This document shows positions 53,765 through 64,000 of a stretch of DNA of 64,000 nt, piece by piece. Numbering within the stretch: position 1 is the first letter of the stretch; every line of letters starts with the position of its first letter. The translations under genes and the position numbers were made by a program. The stretch lies in contig NW_021832391.1 in assembly GCF_006345805.1 (NCBI RefSeq), positions 1 to 64,000 of the forward strand, written 5' to 3'. The stretch is from Octopus sinensis (taxonomy: Eukaryota). The notes under the pieces were generated by a model, which worked only from the letters and a program-made list of their open reading frames with translations, searched no databases and was not told the origin of the DNA.

Positions 53765-55610
53765 AACTTAGATATTTTTCGACCAAAGATTGGTCCAGGC
53801 CATGTCTAACTTAATTGCACCACCTGATAGGATTATTCGACTCCTGTTTAAGTCAAGTTTTGTTTAAGTCTAGTTTTGTTCAAGTAGTGAGTTCTTGTTG
53901 AGTGAGTTGTATCCAGTTTTGTTCAAGTAGTGAGTTCTTGTTGGGTGAGTTGTATCCAATTATGGGTGGCTTATCTGGTATTCTTTGAAGGAATCTATCC
54001 AGACTCTGTTTGAAGTTGATGGGATCCTTTTCCTCTTTGATCTCTCTCGGGACAATGTTAAATAGGGCAGGGCCTGTTGAGGAAAAGAAATTATGTTGCA
54101 GTGTACATGTATGTTGTGATCTTGAATTGGGCAGGGGACGTATAGCCCGTGGTCCAAGTCTTGGATGAACCTTGAAGCTAATGTTTAGGTCGTTTGGGCA
54201 TAGTTGGCGGTATATTTTCCACATCGTACAAATGATGTACCGCTCACGGCGACGCTGGAGGGAGTAAAGTTTCAAGGCTTTAAGGCGATCCCAATAATTG
54301 AGAGCACGCCACGCCTTCAATTCGTTTAGTGAATGCCCTCTGGGGTGACTCAATTCTGGAAATGTTTTGCCTTTTGTGAGGAGACCACAGTGGGCAGCAG
54401 TATTCAAGGTGTGGCCGTACAAAGGAGGAAAAAAGTGGTATGATGACACCTTTTTCTCTGGACCGGAAAGTCCTTAAGATCCAGGAACTCATCCTACGAG
54501 CTATATCGATCGACCTTCTTGTCGATGTGTGCACTCCAACTGAGATCGTCATCAACAATTACACCCAGGTCTCTGATATTGTTAGAGGCTGTGAGCGGTT
54601 CCCCTGAAGGAAGAGAGTATAGCTTTTTTAGTGAGGAGTTTCTTCCAAAATGCATCAGCTCAAATTTTCCCCTCGTTCAGTTGCATTTTGTTTCTGTCTG
54701 CCCATTGACTCACATCATATAGATCAGACTGGAGTTGAGTTCGGTCTGCTTCTTTGACGATTTGCTGGAGCTTGGTGTCATCAGCAAATATTTTCACTTT
54801 GCAGTAATGTACGACACTGGAAAGGTCGTTTATGTAGATTATGAAGAGTAGCGGACCCAAGACAGTCCCCTGAGGGACACCGCTGGTGACTTTTGCTTGG
54901 CTTGAGTGGACTCCATCAACTACAACATGTTGTGTTTTATTCGCCAGGAAATACTTGATCTAGTGTAGAACTTTTCCACTGATTCCAACATTTGCCAATT
55001 TTGAGAGTAGGATATTATGGTCGACCCTGTCGAACGCTTTACTGAAGTCAAGATATATGACATCAGAGTTCGAACCTGTTCCCAAGGCTTTGAGTACATC
55101 TTCAATGTGGTGTAAGAGCTATGTTAGACAGTCCCTGCCACAGCGAAAGCCATGTTGATTTGCATTTAGGAGTTTCTGGGTCTCCAGGAAGTCAGCCATC
55201 CTTGATCTTAACACTCTTTCAAACACTTTGATGATGTGGGAGGTGAGTGAGATTGGGTGATAGTTGAGTGCGAGGGATCTGTTTCCCTGTTTGAAAACCG
55301 GGATGACTGACTGGGATAGAAACTGTTTTGGTATATATTCTGCATCTAACGAATTTTTCCAGAGGTTGGTCAGAGGGACTGCAAGTTGAACTGTTCAGAG
55401 TTGCAGAACTGCAATTGAAATCACATTCCTTCAGGAGACTAGCGGGAAATCTATCAGGGCCTACAGCAGAGTAATGTTTGACCTCATTTATTGCTGCTAC
55501 GATGTCGGTGGCAGTGAAGGTTATGTCTGCGATTTCGTGTTGGGAGTCAACTTCGTTTGCTTCTCTTACGTCAATATCAGTGGGAACACTAAAGACAGCA
55601 GTATTGTTTC
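53765..55610 (-). mobile_element. LINE family A, 5'-truncated and frameshifted
   Basis: GPLLFIIYIND, FADDTKL, RPHLEYCCPLWSP, LYSLQRRRERY; 3' end matches 9275-9330. Confidence 0.92.
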
Positions 55611-56183
55611 TGTAATATATATATAGAGAGAAACATGTATATACGTATAGATATTTATATATATGTATATGTGTGTATGTTTCGGTGTCCCCAAAACCGC
55701 TTGAAACCAATGTCGGTGTTTTTTTACACTCCATTAACTTATCCGTTCGGGAAAAGAAGACCAATAGAATTAATACTAGACTGACGTAGATAAAAGTCCT
55801 AGTGTCGATTTGCTCTAGAAAAGCCTGTGCTCCAGCATTGGCACAGTGAAATGACTAAACAAGGACAAGAGTAAAAGTGTATGCGTTACGTCTGAATATT
55901 ATATTGTAGAGTTAATTAGCTTCCATAATACATTTTGATAATAGTCGTAATGTAGTAAAATGTAAGGGAGGTAACTTTTGAAGATCTCCCTTTGTAGAGT
56001 TACTCCCCTTGCATATTATTAATTATTAAATTATAATATGCGAGGTAAGTAACTCTTCGAAGGAAGATAACTCCAAAATCTCCCTTACATCTAATTAAAT
56101 TACTATTATTAAATTAGAATATTCAAGGGAAATAGGTACAAAATTTTCCAGAGTTACTTCCCTTACATGTAATTACATTACGA

Positions 56184-56317
56184 TTAGGGTTGGGTTAGGG
56201 TTAGGGGTTTAGTGTTAGGGTTAGGGTTGGTTAGGGATGGGGTTCGGGTTGTGGATAGGGTTAGGGTTAGAGTCAGGGTCGGGGTCGGGGTTAGGGCTAG
56301 GGTTTGGGTTGGGGTTA
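56184..56317 (+). repeat. Degenerate interstitial (TTAGGG)n
   Basis: About 20 hexamers TTAGGG, TTGGG, TCGGGG, CTAGGG. Confidence 0.8.
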
Positions 56318-57175
56318 GCCTCGTTCACACATCATGCGTCCATACAAACACGCCTCGTTCACACATCATGCGTCCATACAAACACGCCTCGTTCACACAT
56401 CATGCGTCCATACAAACACGCCTCGTTCACACATCATGCGTCCATAAAAACAAGCCTCGTTCACACAACATGCGTCCACACAAACAAGCCTCGTTCACAC
56501 ATCATGCGTCCATACATACACGTCCCGTTCACACATCATGCGTCCACACAAACAAGCCTCGTTCACACAACATGCGTCCATTCAAACGAGCCTCGTTCAC
56601 ACATCATGCTTTCATTCAAACGAGCCTCGTTCACACATCATGCGTTCATTCAAACGAGCCTCGTTCACACATCATGCGTCCATACAAACAAGCCTCGTTC
56701 ACCCGTCATGCGTCCATACAAACAAGCCTCGTTCACCCGTCATGCGTCCATACAAACAGCCTCGTTCACCCATCATGCGTCCATACAAACAAGCCTCGTT
56801 CACCCATCATGCGTCCATACAAACATGCCTCGTTCACACATCATGCGTCCATACGCACATGCCTCGTTCATACATCATGCGTCCAAACAAACAAGCCTCT
56901 TCACCCATCATGCGTCCATACGCACATGCCTCGTTCATACATCATGCGTCCATACAAACAAGCCTCTTTCACACATCATGCGTCCATACAAACAAGCCAC
57001 GTTCACACATCATGCGTCCACTAATACACGCCTCGTTCACACATCATGCGTCCAAACAACCAAGCCTCGTTCACACATCATGCGTCCAAACAACCAAGCC
57101 TCGTTCACACATCATGCGTCCATACACACAAGCCTCGTCCACACATCACGCGTCCATACATCATGCGTCCATACA
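56318..57175 (+). repeat. 34-bp minisatellite, about 25 copies
   Basis: Unit GCCTCGTTCACACATCATGCGTCCATACAAACA(C/A); first unit 56318-56351; no spacers between units. Confidence 0.95.
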
Positions 57176-57187
57176 TATATATTCATA

Positions 57188-60100
57188 CATTCAGGGACAT
57201 GTAATTCAGGGACAGGTAATTCAGGGGCAGGTAATTCAGGGGCAGGTAATTCAGGGGCATGTAATTCAGGGGAAGGTAATTCAAGGCAGGTAATCCAGGC
57301 GCAGGTAATTCAGAGGAATTAATTCAGGGGCAGGTAATCCAGGTGCATGTATTTCAGGGACATGTAACTCAGGGGCAGGTAATTCAGGGGCATGTAATTA
57401 AGGGGCAGGTAACTCGGAGGAATGTAATTCAGGGGCAGGTAATTCAGGGACACGTAATTCAGGGTCAGGTTATTCAGGTGTAGGTAATCCAGGGTTAAGT
57501 AATTAAGGGGCATGTAATTCAGGGGCATGTAATTCAGAGGCAGGTAATTGAGGGGCATGTAATTCAGGGGCAGGTAATTCAGGGGCATGTAATTCAGGGG
57601 CATGTAATTCAGGGTATGTAATTCAGGGGTAGGTAATTCAGGGGCATGTAATTTAGGGGAAGGTATCCAGGGCAGGTAATTCAGGGGTAATTCAGGGACA
57701 GGTAATTTATAGGAATGTCATTCATGGGCAGGTAATTCAGGGGCTTGTAATTCAGGGTTAGGTAATCCAGGGTATGTAATTCAGGGGCAATCAATTCAGA
57801 TGAAAGGTAATTCAGGGGCAGGTAATCTAGGTGCAGGTAATTCAGGGACATGTCATTCACGGGCAGGTAATTCAGGGGCTGGTAATTTAGGGATAGATAA
57901 TTCAGAGGCATGTCATTCAGGGGCAGGTCATTCAGGTGCATGTAATTAAGAGGCATGTAATTGAGGGCCATGTAATTCAGGTGTTTGCAATTCAGGGGCA
58001 GGTAATTCAGATGCATGTAATTTAGGGGCAGGTACTTCAGGGGTATGTAATTCAGGTGTATGTTATTGAGGGGCAGGTAATTCAGGGGCAGGTAATCCAG
58101 GGGCATGTAATTAAAGGGCAGGTAATTGAGGGGCATGTCATTCAGGGGCATGTAATTTAGGGGCAGGTAATTCACGGGCATGTAATTCAGGTGTATGTAA
58201 TTCGTGGGCAGGTAATTCATTGGCATGTAATTTAGGGGCAGGTAATTCACGGGCATGTAATTCAGGGGCAGGTAATTCAGGTGCAGGTTATTCAGGGACT
58301 CAGGGGCAGATAATTCAGGGGCATGTAATTCAGGGGCATGTAATTCATGGGCAGGTAATTCAGGGGCATGTAATTCAGGGGCATGTCATTCAGGGAAGGT
58401 AATTCAGGGAAAGTAATTCAGGGGCATGTAATTCATGGGCGGGTAATTGAGGGGAAGGTAATCCAGGTGCAGGTGATTTAGAGGAATGTCATTCATTGGC
58501 AGGTAATCCAGGGGCAGGTAATTCAGAGGAATGTAATTCAGGGGCATGTAATTCAGGGGTAATTCAGGGACAGGTAATTTATAGGAATGTCATTCATGGG
58601 CATGTAATTCAGGGGCAGGTAATTCAGAGGTATGTAATTCAGATGAAAGGTAATTCAGGGGCAGGTAATCTAGATGCAGGTATTTCAGGGGCATGTCATC
58701 CACGGGCAGGTAATTCAGGGATATTTAATTCAGAGGCATGTCATTCAGGGGCAGGTCATTCATGTGCATGTAATTAAGAGGCATGTAATTGAGGGGCAGG
58801 TAATTCAGGGCCATGTAATTCAGGTGTTTGTAATTCAGGGTCAGGTTATTCAGGTGTAGATTATTCAGGGGCAGGTAATCCAGGGTTAAGTAATTAAGGG
58901 GTATGTAATTAAGAGCAAGGTAATTCAGAGGCAGGTAATTGAGGGGCATGTAATTAAGGGGCATGTAATTGAGGTGCAGGTAATTGAGGGGCATGTAATT
59001 GAGGTGCAGGTAATTGAGGGGCATGTAATTCAGGTGTATGTAATTCAGGGGCATGTAATTCAGGAAAGGTAATTTAGAGGATTGTCATTCAGGGGCAGGT
59101 AATTCAGGGTTAGGTAATCCAGGGGCATGTAATTCAGGGGAAGGTAATCCAGGGGCAGGTAATTCAGGGGTAATTCAGGGACAGGTAATTTAGAGGAATG
59201 TCATTCATGGGCAGGTAATTCAGGGGCATGTAATTCAGGGGCTTGTAATTCAGAGGAAAGGTTATTCAGGGACATGTAATTCAGGGGCAGGTAATCTAGG
59301 TGCAGGTAATTCAGGGGTATGTAATTTAGGGATAGATAATTCAGAGGCATGTCATTCAGGTGCATGTAATTAAGAGGCATGTAATTGAGGGGCAGGTAAT
59401 TCAGGGCCATGTAATTCAGGGTCAGGTTATTCAGGGGCAGGTAATCCAGGGTTAAGTAATTAAGGGGCATGTAATTCAGGTGCATGGTAATTGAGGTGCA
59501 GGTAATTGATGGGCATGTAATTCAGGTGTATGTAATTCAGTGGTAGGTAATTCAGGGGCATGTAATTCAGGGGTAATTTAGAGGATTGTCATTCAGGGGC
59601 AGGTAATTCAGAGTTAGGTAATCCAGAGGCATGTAATTCAGGGGAAGGTAATCCAGGGGCAGGTAATTCAGGGGTAATACAGGGACAGGTAATTTAGAGG
59701 AATGTAATTCAGGGGCAGGTAATTCAGGGGCATGTAATTCAGGGGCAGGTAATTCAGGGGCTTCTAATTCAGAGAAAAGGTTATTCAGGGGCATGTAATT
59801 TAGGGGCAGGTAATCTAGGTGCAGGTAATTCAGGGGCAGGTAAACCAGCGGCAAGTAATTAAGGGGCAGGTAGTTCAGGGGCATGTAATTAAGAGGCATG
59901 TAATTGAGGGGCAGGTAGTTCAGGGCCATGTAATTCAGGTATTTACAATGTTATTTAGGGGCAGGTAATTCAGGGGCAGGTACTTCAGGGGCAGGTAATT
60001 CAGGGGCAGGTAAACCAGCGGCATGTAATTAAGGGGCAGGTAGTTCAGGGGCACGTAGTTCATGGGCAGGTAATTGAGGGGCATGTAATTTTGGGGCAGG

Positions 60101-62746
60101 TAATTCACGGGCATGTAATTCAGGTATATGTAATTCATGGGCAGGTAATTCAGGTGCATGTTAATCAGGGACTCAGGGGCATGTAATTCAGGGGCAGGTA
60201 CTTCAGGTGTATGTAATTCAGGGGCATGTAATTCAGGTACATGTAATTCAGGTGCATGTAATTCATGGGCAGGTAATTGAGGGGTATGTCATTCAGGGAA
60301 GGTAATTCAGGGGCATGTAATTCAGGGGCATGTAATTCGGGCATGTAATTCAGGGCCGGGTAATTGAGGGGAAAGTAATCCAGGTGCAGGTGATTTAGAG
60401 TAATGTCATTCATTTGCAGGTAATTCAGGGGCAGGTATTCAGAGGAATGTAATTCAAAGGAAGGTAATTCAGGGACAGTTAATTTATAGGAATGTCATTC
60501 ATGGGCATGTAATTCAGGGGCAGGTAATTCAGGGGTATGTAATTCAGGGGCATGTAATTCAGATGAAAGGTAATTCAGGGGCATGTAATTTAGGTGCAGG
60601 TATTTCAGGGGCATGTCATTCACGGGCAGGTAATTTAGGGATAGATAATTCAGAGGCATGTCATTGAGGGGCAGGTCATTCAGGTGCATGTAATTAAGAG
60701 GCATGTAATTGAGGGGCAGGTAATTCAGGTGTTTGTAATTCACGGGCAGGCAATTCAGATGCATGTAATTTAGGGGCAGGTAATTCACGGGCATGTAATT
60801 CAGGTGTATGTAATTCATGGGCAGGTAATTGAGGGGCAGGCAATTCAGGGGCATGTAATTTAGGGGCAGGTAATTCACGGGCAGGTAATTCACGGGTATG
60901 TAATTCAGGTGAGGTAATTCAGGTGCAGGTTATTCAGGGACAGGTAATTTATAGGAATGTCATTCAGGGGCAGGTAATTCAGGGGCAGGTAATTCAGGGG
61001 CAGGTAATTCAGGGGTAGGTAATCCAGGGGCATGTAATTCAGGGGTATGTAATTCAGGGGCATGTAATTCAGATGAAAGGTAATTCAGGGGCAGGTAATC
61101 TAGATGCAGGTATTTCAGGGGCATGTCATTCACGGGCAGGTAATTTAGGGATAGATAATTCAGAGGCATGTCATTCAGGGGCAGGTCATTCAGTTGCATG
61201 TAATTAAGAGGCATGTAATTGAGTGGCAGGTAATTCAGGCCATGTAATTCAGGTGTTTGTAATTCAGAGCAAGGTAATTCAGAGGCAGGTAATTGAGGGG
61301 CATGTAATTCAGGGGCAGGTAATTCAGGTGCAGTTAATTCAGGGGCATGTAATTCAGGTGCATGTAATTCAGGGGCATGTAATTGAGGTGCAGGTAATTG
61401 ATGGGCATGTAATTCAGGTGTATGTAATTCAGGTGTGTGTAATTCATGGGTGGGTAATTCAGAGGAATGTAATTCAGGGGTAATTCAGGGAAGGTAATTT
61501 AGAGGATTGTCATTTAGGGTTAGGTAATCCAGTGGCATGTAATTCAGGGGCTTGTAATACAGAGGAAAGGTTATTCAGGGGCATGTAATTCAGGGGCAGG
61601 TAATCTAGGTGCAGGTAATTCAGGGGCTGGTAATTTAGGGATAGATAATTCAGAGGCATGTCATTCAGGGGCATGTAATTCAGAGCAAGGTAATTCAGAG
61701 GCAGGTAATTGAGGGGCATGTAATTCAGGGGCAGGTAATTCAGGTTCAGGTAATTCAGGGGCATGTCATTCACGGGCAGGTAATTCATGGGCAGGTAATT
61801 TAGGGATAGATAATTCAGGGTCAGGTCATTCAGGTGCATGTAATTAAGAGGCATGTAATTCAGGGGCAGGTACTTCAGGGGTATGTAATTTAGGGGCAGG
61901 TAATTCAGGTGTATGTTATTCAGGGGCATGTAATTCAGGGGCAGTTAATCCAGGGGCATGTCATTCACGGGCAGGTAATTCCGGGGCAGGTAATTTAGGG
62001 ATGGTTAATTGAGGGGCATATCATTCAGGGTCAGGTCATTCATGTGCATGTAATTAAGAGGCATGTAATTGAGGGGCAGGTAATTCAGGGGCATCTAATT
62101 CAGGTGTTTGTAATTCAGGGACAGGTAATTCAGATGCATGTAATTTAGGGCCAGTAATTCAGGGGTATGTAATTCAGGGGCAGGTAATTCAGGGGCATAT
62201 AATTCAGGGGCATGTAATTCAGGGGCAGGTAATTCAGGTGTATGTAATTCAGGGTCAGGTAATTTAGAGGAATGTCATTCATTGGCAGATAATTCAGGGA
62301 CATGTAATTCAGGGGAAGGTAATTGAGGGGCAGGTAATTCAGGTGCATGTAATTCAGGGACATGTAACTCAGGGGCAGGTAATTCAAGGGCAGGTAATAC
62401 AGGGGCATGTAAATCAGGGCCATGTAATTCGGGGCCATGTAATTAAGGAGCAGGTAATTGAGGGGCAGTTAATTCAGGGGCAGGAAATTCAGGGGCATGT
62501 AATTCATGGGCAAGGTAATCCAGGGGCAGGTAATGCAGCGGTTGGTAATTTAGAGGAATGTCATTCAGGGACATGTAATTCAGGGGAAGGTAATTGAGGG
62601 GCAGGTAATTCAAGTGCATGTAATTCAGGGACATGTAACTCAGGTGCAGGTAATTATAGGGCAGGCAATACAGGGTCATGTAATTCAGGGCCATGTAATT
62701 AAGGGGCAGGAAATTCAGGTGCATGTAATTCAGGGCCACGTAATTA
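57188..62746 (+). repeat. 15-bp satellite (G/T)GTAATTCAGGGGCA, roughly 370 units, with higher-order structure
   Basis: Continuous 15-nt periodicity; recurrent variant strings. Confidence 0.95.
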
Positions 62747-62749
62747 CCT

Positions 62750-63337
62750 CCCTTAAGTATGTAGTTATCGTAATATACGCTTTGTCGCTCTGAGACTCTT
62801 TCTGTTATTTCACTGCGACCATGGTGGAGCACCGCCTTTAGTGAAGCAAATCAACCCCAGCAATTATTCTTTGTATGCCTATTACTTAATGTATAGGTCT
62901 CTTTTGCAGAACCGATAAGTTACGGGGACGTAATGTTCGATATACTTATTTAGTAGGTATTTATTTATTGTAAGAATTTCAATTATCATAAATTATGGGC
63001 TAGGAAAAATACTAGAAACTTTATTGATAGACCTATTGCGGCTCCTTGTGTGTGTGGGACTGTTTTTATTTATGTGAGTGTGGGTATTTTCATTTCAGTG
63101 TTTGTGTGTGAGAGTGTGTTTATTTCTGTGTGCGCGAGTGTGTGGGCGACTGAGTGTTTCTATTTGTTTATGTGTGTGCGACACTTACAACTACAACAAA
63201 CACTTTGACCATTTGTAAGATACCCACATTTGAGATCACTAAATACTAAATCAAAATAAGTCAATTTATTGCACCTTTATATATATACACACACACACAT
63301 GTATGTGTTTGTGTATTTATATGTCGTATATAGCGTC

Positions 63338-63381
<44 letters not shown>

Positions 63382-63557
63382 GATTATACATATACATCCA
63401 GATATACGTGAATATACCAACACACGTATATGTAGTATCTAAAACAAAAAAGAAACTGTAAGGGATGGAATGGGAGTTCATTCCGTTTTATTAAGAAAAC
63501 TTGCATCTGTATGTGTGATAGTACGTGCGTGCATTCTCGTGTGCCCTTCGAGTGCGA

Positions 63558-63591
<34 letters not shown>

Positions 63592-64000
63592 TTAAACATA
63601 TATACGACGAGATTCTATCAGTTTCCTTCCACTAAATCCCATCACAAGGATTAGCTAGGCCCTGGGCTACAATAGTAGAAAATTGCAGAAGATGACAGGC
63701 AGTGGGAATGAACCCGAAACCATGTGGTTCGTAAGCAAACTACTTACAACAGCCATTCCTACGTCGATATTCATATATACGACGGCTTCTTTCAGTTTCC
63801 CTCTACCAACTCCACTCAGAATACATTGGTCGGCCCTAGGCTATAGTCGAATACACTTGCCGAAAGTGCAACGCTGTTGGTTTGAACTCAGCACTTGCGG
63901 TTCGTGAGCAATCATTCTCACAGAAATGCCGCACACAACAGACACAGAATGTCGCGGTTTAAAGGTCAACATGTTTAAAACATAAATACCTACGAGTTTG
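62750..64000 (+). repeat. Further copy of the composite repeat modules
   Basis: 62760-63290 is similar to 48290-48800; 63390-64000 is similar to 45920-46500. Confidence 0.85.

Noticed and set aside
54775-54795. CTGATGA on the minus strand as a hammerhead core
   Set aside because: It is the codon string of the RT FADD motif; no GAAA or stems.
56318-57175. 34-bp repeat as a CRISPR array
   Set aside because: Units are head-to-tail with no unique spacers, no cas genes are present, and the context is eukaryotic.
56212-57322. Long ORFs of 251-361 aa
   Set aside because: The 34-bp unit is stop-free in all plus frames and cycles through them; the N-terminal GLGLG is the telomeric repeat.
57319-62832. 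(LNYMP/LNYLP)n and (QGQVI)n ORFs as repeat proteins
   Set aside because: Produced by the 15-bp period; fragmented by many stops and indels on both strands, with no unique flanking domain.

Overview
Eukaryotic, repeat-saturated, gene-poor 64 kb. The tRNA/CORE-type SINE families, RTE and CR1/Jockey-group LINEs and long (TA)n fields resemble an octopod cephalopod genome (inference, not a database result). No host protein-coding gene could be identified with confidence. The window is a nested stack of decayed mobile elements: two CR1/Jockey-group LINE families, RTE LINEs, a HERO-like RLE non-LTR element inserted inside a Penelope-like element (PLE), Gypsy fragments, Tc1 and mariner remnants, non-autonomous Helitrons and many SINEs. 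A 6.5 kb block of degenerate (TTAGGG)n, a 34-bp minisatellite and a 15-bp satellite lies near the right end. The strongest signal is RNA structure, read by eye: at least five distinct hammerhead-ribozyme-like motifs. Two are unusual. One has its three junction strands in a non-standard, pseudoknotted order in the HERO 3' UTR (29922-29984). The other is a PLE pLTR family whose core C3-G8 pair is swapped to G3-C8 (48023-48072, 22431-22482, variant 32303-32353). All ribozyme calls are structural predictions and are untested. Element boundaries are approximate unless exact junctions are stated.
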